A stretch of 64,000 bases of DNA from Squalus acanthias (Eukaryota): assembly GCA_030390025.1 (NCBI GenBank), contig CM059431.1, forward strand, positions 106,456,001-106,520,000, in the 5' to 3' direction. The notes beneath the pieces are model-generated. The model saw only the letters and a list, made by a program, of their open reading frames with translations. It searched no databases and had not been told where the DNA came from. The position numbers and the translations under genes are program-made. Positions 25,085 to 36,845 of the stretch are shown here, in pieces. The stretch's first letter is position 1. Each line of letters opens with the position of its first letter.

Positions 25085-25253
25085 TTTTATTTGTTTATGG
25101 GATGTGGGCGTGGCTGACAAGGCCAGCATTTATTGCCCATCCCTAATTGCCCTTGAGAAGGTGGTGGTGAGCCGCCTTCTTGAACCACTGCAGTCTGTGC
25201 GGTGAAGGTACTCCCACAGTGCTGTTAGGTAGGAAGTTCCAGAATTTTGACCC
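25085..25253 (-). mobile_element. LINE family C 3' tail
   Basis: WNFLPNSTVG..FKKAAHHHLLKGN* followed by gggatgggcaataaatgctggcc; same as the 28243 and 59393 copies. Confidence 0.85.
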
Positions 25254-25807
25254 ATTAGTGACTCCTATTATGCTCATGGGGATCCGTACGTAAATGGAAT
25301 CCCCATAAGCATAATAGAAATCCCCCTTTGTCATTGGTTGGCCTGGATCACGTGACCCCAGGGACGCTTGCGAACTGCGTGTGCCCCTGGAACCCGTGGG
25401 CCTTTACACAGGCCTACGCCCGGAGGCCCAGGACTGCGAGAGTCCGAAGCTCCAGAGGCAGCAGGTAAGTGCATACTTTTCTTGCGGTTCGGGGGCGTAC
25501 ACAGGCGGCAAGCCTCCGACCCGCAATGTCCAGCCCATTCTTTGCACTTTGACGCATCCCATTGCAATGTCCTTTAATCCAATATTGTTGTTGATGATTT
25601 TCTGTAAATTTCTAATAAATAAGCAAGTAGAATTGTACAAACTGTCCCACTTCAGTCAGTTTAAAAAAAATATGTATTTATCCACACATGTTTCTCTCCT
25701 TGTATGAAATTCATTGAAGTGAAGTGATTATATAACAGCAAAAAACTGCAGGTGTGTCAACAGTTACATGCATGTGTGCCTGCAATCCAACCTATCAATG
25801 CAGAATT

Positions 25808-26095
25808 AAACAGAAAATGCTCGAAAAGTGGAGAGAGAAGCAGAGCTAACGTCTCAAGTCGATGACCTTTCATCAGAACTGGTTTTAGCAGACACTCGAC
25901 CAAACATGAGAAGGGAATCAGAAAGCAATGAAGGTGAGCAAGGTAAAGAGACAAACGGAAATCCCATCAGAGAGAAGAGCAGAACTTCTTCAAGGTGGGC
26001 ATTCCTGGAATAGAAGTGGCAGTGAATTAAACACTAAACAAAAACCAAAATACTGCTGATTTCCAGCATCCGTAGCATTTTGCCTTTCTATTAAA
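25808..26095 (-). mobile_element. Second PLE-derived family fragment with a degenerate hammerhead (25844-25880)
   Basis: Minus strand agtt CTGATGA A AGGTC atc GACTT GAGACGT T agct (GAAA changed to GAGA); flanks resemble 56187-57200. Confidence 0.6.
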
Positions 26096-26129
26096 ACAAA
26101 TACAGATTTTCCAACTTTATTTGAAATTG

Positions 26130-26625
26130 CAACAACTTGCATTTATGTAGCGCCTTTAATGTAGTAAAACATCCCGCGGCGCTTCACAGGAGCGATTATC
26201 AGACAAAGTTTGACACCGAGCCGCGTAAGGAGATATTAGGACAGGTGGTGGTAGGTTTTAAGGAGCGTCTTAAAGGAGGAGAGAGAGGTAGAGAGGCAGA
26301 GAGGTTTAGGGAGGGAACTCCAGAGCTTAGGGCCTAAGCAGCTGAAGGCACGGCCGCCGATGGTGGAGCGATGAAAATCGGGGATCGTCAAGATGCCAGA
26401 ATTGGAGGAGCGCAGAGACCTCGGAGGGTTGTAGGCAATGTTCCCTTTAAGCTGCGCGGTTGCTCCAGGGATCCCGCGCAGCCGGCTTGCCGGCTTTTCA
26501 ATGCAAAAACCGCGCATGCACGGTATTATCAGTGGGCTGTGTGGCCCCCCTGCACCCCAAAAAAATTACAGGGAACATTGGTTGTAGGGCTGGAGGAAGT
26601 TATGGGCAAGAGGAGAGACAGGCTG
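26130..26625 (-). mobile_element. L2 LINE 3' fragment interrupted by a hAT MITE
   Basis: Homologous to 20583-21055; continuous across 26436-26580. Confidence 0.85.
26436..26580. mobile_element. 145-bp hAT-type MITE
   Basis: TIR CAATGTTCCCT / AGGGAACATTG; perfect 8-bp TSD GTTGTAGG. Confidence 0.9.
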
Positions 26626-26664
26626 GTAATGGTTATGATTTTGCATAAATTATTTCATGGAAAT

Positions 26665-26832
26665 GTCCAAAGATGTGCGGGTTAGGTTGATTTGGCTATG
26701 ATAAATTGACCCTTAGTGTTAGGGGGGATTAAATACGTGGGGTTACGGGGATAGGGTGGGATATGTGTCGGTGCAGGCTCGATGGGCCGAAATGGCCTCT
26801 ATCTGCACTGTGGGGATTCTGTGATTCTGTGA
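26665..26832 (+). mobile_element. V-SINE (HE1-like) 3' half
   Basis: Matches 7560-7665 in reverse; CR1-like tail ending gattctgtgattctgtga. Confidence 0.8.
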
Positions 26833-28242
26833 AATAAAATATGGCAGTGTTTATAGTGGTCAGATGGAATGGAACACAATGTTAGATGGCAACCTTGGTT
26901 GACGCATTGAACTTTGATCTCTGGCACCTTGGTTTAAAGTCTCTCCTCTCTGCTCAAGCTGTAAAGGTACAACATGAATGATTTGGGGCAGTTTAAACCA
27001 GTAGTGAGCACAGGTCCCATAGATCAGACTGCTTTCAATAGGAGGCACACATGGGCACCCTCACTTGAGAAACCATAAAGAAAAGTAATGTGGGAAAGTG
27101 GAGGCGGGGTGGGGGGGTGTGGAAACTCAGGTTAATATAGTGGGGAGGGATGGGGGGGGAGCTCTTTGGAGATTGAGATTAATGCTTGTGTTGAGGAATA
27201 CCTCACCTGACCCAAGAGTGCTTGACGCTAACATTGGGTGCTACAGTGTCCCTTGCTCCAGCATCTTTGATCGGGACAAAAACATTCAATAACCCGCCAC
27301 CTTCCAAAAAACGACAAAGGAAACCAGCCCAAAGGATATGTTTGAGTTGTGTGTGCCGTGTTCACAGCTGCAGTTAACAGCTGGATCAGCCAGTATATCT
27401 TTTTCAGCGCTTCGGTTTTTTTGTTGATGACTTATGCATGAGGTATCAGCGCATGTTAGAAATAATGTCTGGCGGATCGCTGGTGATGACAGTTAAAACT
27501 GACTTTCTGTTTGAAGTTGGTTCACTCCAGCTTTTGGCTGTGGGACATTTCCACCAACAAGGGCAAGCACGGCCATTGGGGTTGTGTACAGATGCTAACA
27601 AGGTGACATTGGTCACAGCTGACGTCACCTCTTAGCAGCTCTGTTGCAAACAGTTGCCAGGATAAAGATTCCAGACTGACACAGGGAGCCTGGTGACATT
27701 CCTGTGACTCCTGAAGAATAACGGAATATATTGTGTGAAGGATGGTGAATTTCTTGATCAATTCACTCAAATAATCTGATATCCCTTTTAGGTGCTATCT
27801 TACACAGTATGCACATCAATGTCAAAGCTATTTCCCCTGACAATACACTGCACCTCATGTTGTGGTACTGAACTGTGCAGCTCAGGAAGATGCCAAATTC
27901 GCTACCTAACAGCCCTAACCAAAGTCACAAATTACATCCAATGTGACTGTGATCAGAATGCATTATTCCTCTTTGATCTCTCTGCAACTTTTGACTCAGT
28001 TGACCATTAAATCCTCCTCCAATGCCTTTCCTCCCTTGTCCAGTTCAGTGGGATTGCCCTCACTGAATTACACTCATATCTATCTGATTATAGATCATCA
28101 TCAGCAATGGCTTCTCTTCCTGCCCCTGCACTGTCACCTCTGGAGTTCCCCCAAGGATCTTACCTTGGCTCCCTCCTCTACTTCATCTGCATGCTGTCCC
28201 TTTGTGACATCATCCACAGACGTAGATCAACTTCTACATTTG

Positions 28243-28768
28243 TTTTTATTTGTTTATGGGATGTGGGCGTCGCTGGCAAGGTCAGCATTTATTGCCCATC
28301 CCTAATTGCCCTTGAGAAGGTGGTGGTGAACCGCCTTCTTGAACTGCTGCAGTCCGTGTGGTGAAGGGATTCCCACAGTGCTGTTAGGGAGGGAGTTCCA
28401 GGATTTTGACCCAGCGACGATGAAGGATCGGCAATATACTTCTAAGTCAGGATGGTGTATGACTTGGAGGGGAACTTGGAGGTGGCGGTGTTCCCATGCA
28501 CCTGCTGCCCTTGTCCTTCTAGGTAGAAGAGGACGCGAGTTTGGGAGGTGCTGCCGAAGGAGCCTTGGCGAGTTGCTGCAGTGCATCTTGTAGATGGTAC
28601 ACACTGCAGCCACGGTGCGCCGGTGGTGGAGGGAGTGAATGTTTAAGGTAATGCATGGGGTGCCAATCAAGCGGGCTGCTTTGTCCTGGATGGTGTCGAG
28701 CTTCTTGAGAGTTGTTGGAGCTGTACTCATCCAGGCAAGTGGAGAGTATTCCATCACACTCCTTACAT
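28243..28768 (-). mobile_element. LINE family C 3' fragment (CR1/L2-group non-LTR retrotransposon)
   Basis: VRSVMEYSPLAW..LDTIQDKAARLIG..HRRTVAAVCTIYKMH..WNSLP..KKAVHHHLLKGN*. Confidence 0.85.
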
Positions 28769-28959
28769 GTACACTGACACCCAGCTCTATCCTCTCCATT
28801 ACCTCTCATGACGCCTTCCACTGTTTTTGTGTGTTGTCAGACTGCCTGTCCAACATCCAGTTGTGGATAAGCTGCAACATCCTCCAGTTAAACATTGGGA
28901 TGACTCAAGCCATTGTCTGTGGCCCCTCGCCATGAAGCCTGCACCCTTTCCATCAATTT

Positions 28960-29747
28960 CCTTACCCAGCTGTCAGGAGAACAGCGACCACAACACCACA
29001 CAACCCTGCCACGGCAACCTCTGCAAGACATGCCAGATCATCAACACAGATACCATCATCACACGTGAGGACACTACCCACCAGGTACATGGTACATACT
29101 CATGTGACTCGGCCAACGTTGTCTACCTCATACGTTGCAGGAAAGAATGCACTGCAGCATGGTACATCGGCGAGACCATGCAGACACTGAGACAATGTAT
29201 GAATGGACACCGCGCAACAATCGCCAGGCAGGATTGTTACCTCCCAGTCGGGGAACACTTCAGCAGTCAAGGACATTCAGCCTCGGATCTGCGGGTTAGC
29301 GTTCTCCAAGGCGGCCTTCGAGACACACGACAACGCAAAATCATCGAGCAGAAACTGATAGCCAAGTTCCGCACCCATGAGGACGGCCTCAATAGGGATC
29401 TCGGGTTTATGTCACGCTACAGAACGTGACTCGACATCGTTGTCTGTCTTTCCAGTTTTTAAAAAAAAACACCAAAAAAAAAAGTTAAAAGCTTAACTGC
29501 AGACGGCAGCATTTGACACGTTGGACCCCCTGTGACCCACCTCATTGTCTTAGCTGTACTCTGATGTGTCTTTGATGTAATGCCTCCCTAACAGATTGTA
29601 TCTCTGCAGACAAATTGTTCTCTGTGTATATATACTGTGTAATAGATTCCCTCACTGTACCTTTACCTGAAGAAGGAGCGGAGCTCCGAAAGCTCGTAAT
29701 TTTAAATAAAACTGTTGGAATATAACCTGGTGTTGTGCGACTTCTCA
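28960..29747 (+). mobile_element. 5'-truncated Penelope-like retroelement: GIY-YIG endonuclease C-terminus, 3' UTR and terminal repeat
   Basis: PC...CKTC..YSCDSANVVYLIRC..WYIGET.QTLRQ.MNGHR..PVGEHF..H..EQKLI.KF.T...GLNRD, a typical PLE GIY-YIG domain; stop at 29429. Confidence 0.9.
29663..29699 (+). ncRNA. Minimal hammerhead ribozyme in the PLE terminal repeat
   Basis: ttac CTGAAGA A GGAGC gga GCTCC GAA AGCT C gtaa. Confidence 0.75.
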
Positions 29748-30489
29748 TTATCATCCTTCTCAGCCATTGTCTCAGGCTGAACCAGACTGATCTAAGCATC
29801 CTGCTCAACCCCAATCTGAACCTATGACCTGATATTCTCTCCATTAAAAAGAACGCCTCTTCCACCTCCGTAACATCACCCATTTGCCCCCCTTGATTCA
29901 GCCCATCTGTCTCAAAACCCTCATTCATGCCTTTGCCACCTCCAGACTCAACTATCCCATTGCTCTCTAGACCGACCTCTCATCCTTAACCCTCCATAAA
30001 CCTCAGCTCATCCAAAACTCTGCTGCCTGTATTCTATCCTGCACCATGTTCCACTCACCTATCACCCTTGTACTTGCTGACCTACATTGGCTCCTAGATC
30101 CCTAATGCCTCCAATTTTAAATTCTCATCCTCATGCTTAAATCCCTTCTTGGCCTTGCCACTTCCTTCAGCTGTACAACCCCCACCCCCCTGAACTCTCA
30201 GTTCAACTCACACCCCCCCTGGCCCCTCCACCTTTGCCAGACCATTGGTTGCCATGCTGTCTGGACCCAATTCTCTGGAATTCCCTCCTTAAACACTTTC
30301 ACTTATCAATCTCCATCTCCTCTTTAAGACCCTCTTTAAAACCCAGCTCTTTGACCAAGGCTTTGGTCACCCCTCCTAATATCTCCTTCTTTGGCTCGAT
30401 GTCCATTGTTGTCTGAGGGCACGTTGGGAATTTTTTCGAAGTTAAAAGCACTATATAAATGCAAGTTGTTGTTGTCGTCATCATTATCA

Positions 30490-30760
30490 TCCCTGGTCTG
30501 TGCTGAGTTGAATGGCTTTTGTCCGGCACCAGTAGTCTTCCTTTGATGAATAGGGGAAAACTGAACCAGGGGGTTCCTAGTCATGATCTGTATTCAGTGA
30601 CCCCTGGTGAAAATACACATAAATGCTGGGTGAGGACAGGATTGTGCTTGGGAGCAGCATCCACCAGGATCAAATAGCTCAACAATACTGACAATCCAGG
30701 GTCACACTTAAAGAATGGTGACTTGAGCAGATAACAGCCATGGAACCACATCTATAACAC
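30490..30760 (+). mobile_element. Diverged unassigned SINE-like repeat (family D); other copies at 36160-36845 (split), 40455-40835 and 57560-57840 (minus)
   Basis: Shared blocks tctgtgctgagtt, cagtgacccct, gtgaggacaggatt, aagaatggtgacttg. Confidence 0.55.
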
Positions 30761-31453
30761 GATCGTGATAGAGTCACTCAAAATATATGGCCAGTTTCAC
30801 GTGTGACACTGTTGCCGAGGTTCTCCTCTGCGGGGCAGAGTTCTGGTGGAGCAGGACTTCCGTTCACCTCACCAGATCCAACCTAAACCCACACTATTTC
30901 CCAGTGGGATTGGCGTCACCAAGAGGAAGCCCGCCAGTACGAGGCCGGAAAATGTCAACAATGCTGAAGACAGGGACGTCACTATCATTGGAAGGGGTGA
31001 GGAACTTCAAAGAGTGGGGCAGGGCCCGCGAAGATTGGAATGCATGTCCCACTGAAGGCCTCAGCTGAGACCGGAGTCTTTAGCAGCTAATCGTTTGGGG
31101 CCAGACTTGAGGGAGAGGAGGCCATCGAAAGGCCCCCTCTCTTTACTGGGGAGCTTGTGGCCTTTTACTATCCCTTCCCACGATCTACCACCACTTTCCA
31201 CGTGGTGGCCCCAGGGAGCGGTGGTAAGTGGGGCAGACAGGAGGGAAATCCTCCAGGAAGCTGGGTCCATCCCTTCTGCAGCCATTTGCAGGCAGTGGAC
31301 AGAGGAAGGAGAGGCCAACAGTGGGAGGGAAACCCCAGACGGGGCAGTGAGGTGCTGGTTAGCACCACTGCCGAAATTAGCCCCTCATGTTCTGCCAATC
31401 ATCCTGCCCGAATTCAGGCTGAGGACGACATCCCCCCCACCCCCATTTGACAG

Positions 31454-31920
31454 TGTTAGCTGTGGCTCAGTGGGTACGCCCTCGTCTCTGAGTCAGGTGG
31501 TTGTGGATTCATAGTCCCACTCCGGGGCTTGAGCACACAAAGCTAGGCTGACACTCCAGTGCAGTGCTGAGGGAGAGCTGCACTGTCGGAGGCGCCAGCT
31601 TTCAGATGCGAAGTTAAACCGAGGCCCCGTCTGCTCTCTCAGGTGGACGTAAAAGATCCCACGGCACTATTTCAAAGAAGAGCAGGAGAGTTATCCCCGG
31701 TGTCCTGGCCAATATTTATCCCTCAATCAACATCACTGAAACAGATTATTTGGTCATTATCTCATTGCTGTTTGTGGGAGCTTGCTGTGTGCAAATTAGC
31801 AGCCGCGTTTCCTACATTACAGCAGTGGCTACACTTCCAAAGTACTTTATTGGTTGTAAAGCGCTTTGGGACGTCCGGTGGTCATGAAAGGTGCTATAGA
31901 AATGCAAGTCTTTCTTTCTT
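31454..31920 (+). mobile_element. Full-length DeuSINE (SacSINE1-like)
   Basis: Homologous to 3744-4211. Confidence 0.9.
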
Positions 31921-32774
31921 TATGGCCATCTAGGAGATGTCCTCCATTTGTATACTAATAGACCCACTTACTTTTCTACAGAAAATAGTAAAGTTTCAGA
32001 GCAACAGTTCCAATGTCATTTTCAGTGATAAATTGATGTATCTGCTGTGCTTTGTGCTTATTTTGCCTCTGCCCGTGGACCTGTGGACAATGATCTATGT
32101 GTATCCAGGGGTGTAGGCAAATTTAAAATTGTACACATTACTTCCAAATGGTGCCCCCACCACCCTTGTTAAACACATTTCTTGGGGCATCTTGGGCACG
32201 CTCCACTGTAAAAGTTTGAATTTTTACATTAAAACTGGTACTTAAGTCATTTCTACGCCACAATTGATAGATTTTTCTCTTTAAAAAAAATAGGAAAAAT
32301 GTGTGACATTTGGTATTATCCACATCCAACTAAACCATCAAGCTACCTCAACAGCCACTCTCACCCTTTCACAATGGCACTCCCTCTTTCCTACCCCCTC
32401 GTCCAGTTTGCGATTGCCCCAGTTCAATTTATAGCGACACCCTAACTCCTTGATTGCCCTCCCTCTTGCCACTCTTGGCTGCAGATTCTACCCTGCCGTT
32501 GCTGCTTCAGACTGTGCGGAGGGCTGCAACTCTCTGACTCACCACAAAGCATTTGTAGCAAAAGGGTGAGGCCCTGGAATGAAGCAACAGTGTCAACAGT
32601 GAAGAACAGCAGGAACTGCTGACGCACTAACCAACCTAGAAAACGAACAAAGGTTTACATAGCCTCAAAAAAACTGACAACTTAAAAGAAACACAGAATA
32701 TAGTCGCACTGAAAGTGCAGTGGGACAAGGGCTTGCCGCAACTTAAACAGCAGGTGTACTCAAAGTTCCCGAGA

Positions 32775-33170
32775 ATTTAGAAGGTTAAGGGCTGATTTGA
32801 TTGAAGTTTTCAGGATATTAAGGGGAACAGATAGGGTAGATAGTGAGAAACTATTTCCGCTGGTTGGGGAGTCTAGGACTAGGGGGCATAAAAATTAGAG
32901 CCAGACCTTTCAGGAGTGAAATTAGGAAACACTTCTACACACAAAGGATGGTAGAAGTTTGGAACTCTCTTCTGCAAACGGCAATTGATGCTAGATCAAT
33001 TGTTAATTTTAAATCTGAGATTGATAGATTTTTGTTAACCAAAGGTATTAAGGGATATGGGGCAAAGGCAAAGGGTATATGGAGTTTGGTCACAGATCAG
33101 CCATGATCTCATTGAATGGTGGAGCAGGCTTGAGGGGCTAAATGGCCTCTTCCTCTTCCTATGTTCCTAT
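32775..33170 (+). mobile_element. CR1 LINE 3' fragment
   Basis: RRLRADLIEVF..HFYTQRMVEVWNSL..IKGY and CR1 3' UTR. Confidence 0.9.
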
Positions 33171-33369
33171 CACTGGTTTAGCAGAACATTGTGACAGAAC
33201 CTCTAGGGATCTAATTTATTGTGAAGGAATTGTGGTGTATTGTGGATCTCTATGTTACTAACCCTGATTATTGAATAGTTTACACAGTTGTCACAGTAGT
33301 AGACAAGCACTCTTTCCTCCCCTAGTTTATTTAAGCACTCATCTTTGTGACCACCCCCCGCCCCCTCCA

Positions 33370-33775
33370 TATCACCCAGGCCATGCTGACAATTTTAATC
33401 CCCACACCACCCTTCCCATTCATACTGACACTCTTCCTCTCCTCCCTTAATTCAAGATGGCATTTGTCTGCCCCTTCTCAGTTCATGCCATTTTGTTACC
33501 CCCCCCCATTCAGTTCATGCCGGCACTTTCGATCCCCCCATCAGTTCGTCTTGGTACCTTTACAATTCCCGTCCCCTCAGTCCAGTTCAGTCTATAGTGT
33601 AATTTGCCACGCCTTCCTCCCAAATTCATGGTAGCATCATCCATATCCATTTCTTAGTTCATACTGGCATCTTTCAAACCCCTCCCCTCTCAGTTTATGT
33701 TGGCATCTTTCACACTCTTGCCCCTCATTTCATGCTGGCATTTTTCACCACCTTCATTCTTGCTGGCACTCTTTC
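33370..33775. repeat. ~30-bp degenerate minisatellite (cagttcatgctggcatctttca..cccc)
   Basis: Direct reading; about a dozen degenerate units. Confidence 0.7.
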
Positions 33776-35337
33776 GCCCGCTGCCCACCATCACTCCCTC
33801 GCCATTCCCTCACCACCTCGCCTGCCTCCTACCCGCTGGGCTTATTTGAGGAATGGAGCACTTCAGTGGGCAGTAATTCACGCGAATTCCTGATCACACG
33901 AGCATCCCATTCCCTCAGAGGAGCTCGGTAGGTAGAACTCAGGAACGCCAGCGGGACAAAGGGACACCCAGGAGATCACAAAGTGTACAGAAAGTGTATT
34001 TGCGGTACACACATGGACGCACCTGTGGCGTCTGACATCAAGCAAGGAGGCGACCTCTTTGAGAGTGTTGAAACTGCAAGAACACCAGTTTGATTCCTGA
34101 AGTATCATTTTGGCCTGAACCCAGTCTGCTCCAGATTCACATTAGGTATGGGTATTATTCCAGAATCAGGGCTTAGTGCGTATAAATGCAATTCGTCGTC
34201 GTTCTCTATGTTACGAACACTGTTTATTGAAGCGTTTACACAGTTGGCACAGTGGGAAAGAAGCACTCTTTCCTGCTCCCTAAGTTTATTGAAGCATGCA
34301 TCTTCCCCCTTTCCCCAAACCACCTAGGCTATTCTGACACTTCACCCCTTCCCACCACCCCCGCCACCCGCCACCCACTTTACTTGCATTTATATAGAAC
34401 CTTTAACATAGTAAAACACCCCAAGACGCTCCACAGAGCCTAACGTCCCAGACATTGCAGCTCCTTTGACACCAACCTCCAAAAATATGATACCTGCTGT
34501 GAGCGGTGTCAGCTCGTTGGCATCTGTCCAGAATGAAATAAGCAGTAGCACATGCCTGTGTCAGAAGTTTGAAATGGATCCGCTCAGATTGATGTATCGC
34601 AGTAGCTGATGGGTCACCATTTCAGCCCGCTTCTTGGAGCAAGTGTCAATCAGCCTCCAACGCCAGAGGAGCAAATGCCAAGTTCCAGTGCAGTCGCTGG
34701 AGATACTCGAGTCAGGATTAGCAACGGTGAGTTTGTCGACTGTGTGCTTCTCGCCTGTGAATGGGGGACAGAGGGTCTGTAAGATTTTAAGAGCAACAAT
34801 TAAAAAAAAAAAATATGGGCAGGTCTATTTGTGCCTAATGTGAGATACTCTGAATGTAACCACCCCCCGTGATAATCAGGAAATGGTGAGTGCGCGACTG
34901 AGAAAACATTAGCACATGCATTCTTATCCCAGTCTATCACTCTGGGTGAATTTGCAGAAGTGTGATGTGAGACACAGAAGAGATAGAAAAATGCTGACTG
35001 ATACTGTGTACATCGTAAACAGCTTTAAAGATATGAGCGACTTCAGTCAGCAAGCTGAGGCTACAAGCATGAGAGCATCAAAAGCAGAAAATGAAACTGA
35101 CAATTTAGACTTCACAAAAGTAACAACTCTACCAAGATTTACACCTTTTACTATCAGGTTATGCACTAACAGTATTTTTTCTGAAGCAAGAATAAATTAC
35201 TATTTGGCTGACAAAACAAACAGAGAATTCTAAGTTTATAATAGTTGTATTGACAGAAAGTGCTTTTGCTTTCAAAGCACCTTCCCCAAGCTCTGTCTTC
35301 ATATGGTACATATCTTTCTTTCTTAAATGTACAAAGC

Positions 35338-35895
35338 TTTTTTGTTCGGCAGGGGTATTACATGTTATGGAACCAAGGCGGGTAGATGGAGTAAATATAC
35401 AGATCGGCCCATGATCTAATTGAATGGCGGAACAGGCTCGAGGGGCTGAATGGCCTCCTCCTGGTCCTAGGTTCCTAAAAAGTTAACCAGGTGAAGAAAA
35501 AAAAAATATAGCATCTTTCACCTCCTCAGGATACCCAAAAGTGCTTCATAGGCCAATGAATTACTTTTGAAATGTAGTCAATCTTGTTTTGTAGGCAAAT
35601 GTGGCAGCTCATATGAGCTCAGCAAGAGCCCGCACATAGCAATGACATGAAGGGCTAAATAATCTGTTTTGTTAATGTTGGTTGAGTGATTAATGTTGAT
35701 TAAAACACCAGGAGAACTCCCTGCTCTTGGGATCTTTTGCGTTGACCTGAACAGCTTTGGTTTAATATTTCATCCAAATGAACATCTCTGACCATGCAAC
35801 ACTCCCTCAATATTGCATTGAAATGTCAGCCTAGACTTTGCACTCAGATCCTAAGTGGAGCTTGAATCCACAGCCTTTCTGATTTAGAGGCGAGA
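35338..35895. mobile_element. CR1 3' tail (plus, 35338-35475) followed by an old DeuSINE (minus, 35505-35895)
   Basis: Homology to other copies in the window. Confidence 0.7.
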
Positions 35896-35903
35896 GTCAT
35901 ACC

Positions 35904-36030
35904 CTATGTTCCTTGTAATTTTTTTGGCCCTGTGCGGCCCCTTTAAGGGGCTTTGCGGGCTATTCAAAATACCGCGTGCGCAATTTTTACACCAAAATGC
36001 CGGCAAGCCAGCACCTTACAGCGAACACTG
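35904..36030. mobile_element. hAT-type MITE, diverged copy of 26436-26580 in reverse orientation
   Basis: Ends CTATGTTCCT / GCGAACACTG; 8-bp TSD GTCATACC/GTCGTACC; internal gccggcaagcc and ataccgcgtgcgc match. Confidence 0.75.
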
Positions 36031-36258
36031 GTCGTACCCCTGATGTGGCAGGGAGTTGAAAGAATAGCTTTATAAACAGATGCAAATACAGTGGATTAGT
36101 TTGCTGTTACGATTTTTATTTACAAAATAAGCACCCCTAATGATTCATTTGGTACATGACAGTCTAGTGTGGAGATGAGCTGTGCAGGTGAGGAAAAGTT
36201 CCAGGTTTCATCCAATCTGTGCTGAGTTAGCTGATCTCATCCAAGTGGCTCAGTTGAT

Positions 36259-36722
36259 GTCAGCTGTGGCTCAGTGGGTAGCACTCTCGCCTCTGAGTCA
36301 GAAGGTTGTGGGTTCAAGCCCCCACTCCAGAGACTTGAGCACAAAAATCTAGGCTGACACTCCCATTGCAATACTGAGGGAGCGCCGCACTGTCGGAGGT
36401 ACTGTCTTTTGGGTGAGACGTTGAACCGAGGCTCCATCCACTCTCGCAGGTGAACATAAAAGATCCCATGGCACTATTTTGAAGAAGAGCAGGGGAGTTA
36501 TCCCTGGTGACCGACAATATTTATCCCTCAAGCAAAATCACTTAAACATTATCTGGTCATTATCACATTGCTGCTTGTGGGAGCTTGCTGTGCACAAATT
36601 TGCTGCCGCGTTTCCCACATTACAACAGTGACTACACTTCAAAAAGTACTTCATTAGCTGTAAAGCGCTTTGGGATGTCCGGTGGTCGTGAAAGGCGCTA
36701 TAGAAATGCAAGTCTTTCTTTC
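36259..36722 (+). mobile_element. Full-length DeuSINE (SacSINE1-like)
   Basis: Homologous to 3744-4211. Confidence 0.9.
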
Positions 36723-36845
36723 TTTCCTTAAGATGGTGTAAGGACCTTATTATCCCATAGGCTAGGGAGGGAAAAAATTCAATCAGGATTCCTGGTCCTC
36801 ACTGCTGTCCAATTCCTGCTGTAAAGTGTGCACTTGTGGACATTG

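Larger units (their letters stand above)
23582..25536. mobile_element. Harbinger-like MITE family B, copy 2, containing two nested LINE fragments
   Basis: Ends GGGCCGGATTTTC / GCAATGTCCAGCCC; 23740-23945, 25033-25085 and 25255-25520 match 5346-6070 in reverse. Confidence 0.7.
27905..30475 (+). mobile_element. Old L2 LINE (RT to 3' end) split by a LINE-C and a Penelope insertion
   Basis: TALTKVTN..FDLSATFDSVDH, GVPQGS.LG, degenerate YADD region at ~28770, L2 tail ending tataaatgcaagttgttgttg. Confidence 0.8.

Noticed and set aside
24005..25117. 370-aa ORF as a host gene
   Set aside because: CR1 RT fragment with a GTG start, running into MITE sequence
30787..31384. GC-rich block with ORFs; possible old MITE or exon
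   Set aside because: Only one convincing TIR-like end (GAAATTAGCCCC); no TSD, no second copy, no protein similarity
33370..33775. CRISPR-like or coding repeat
   Set aside because: Degenerate tandem minisatellite; no constant repeat/spacer structure and no sustained ORF
36259..36330. tRNA gene (also 3744, 7750-7818, 9311, 31454, 43307, 63888)
   Set aside because: A/B boxes are SINE heads continuing into SINE bodies; no full cloverleaf
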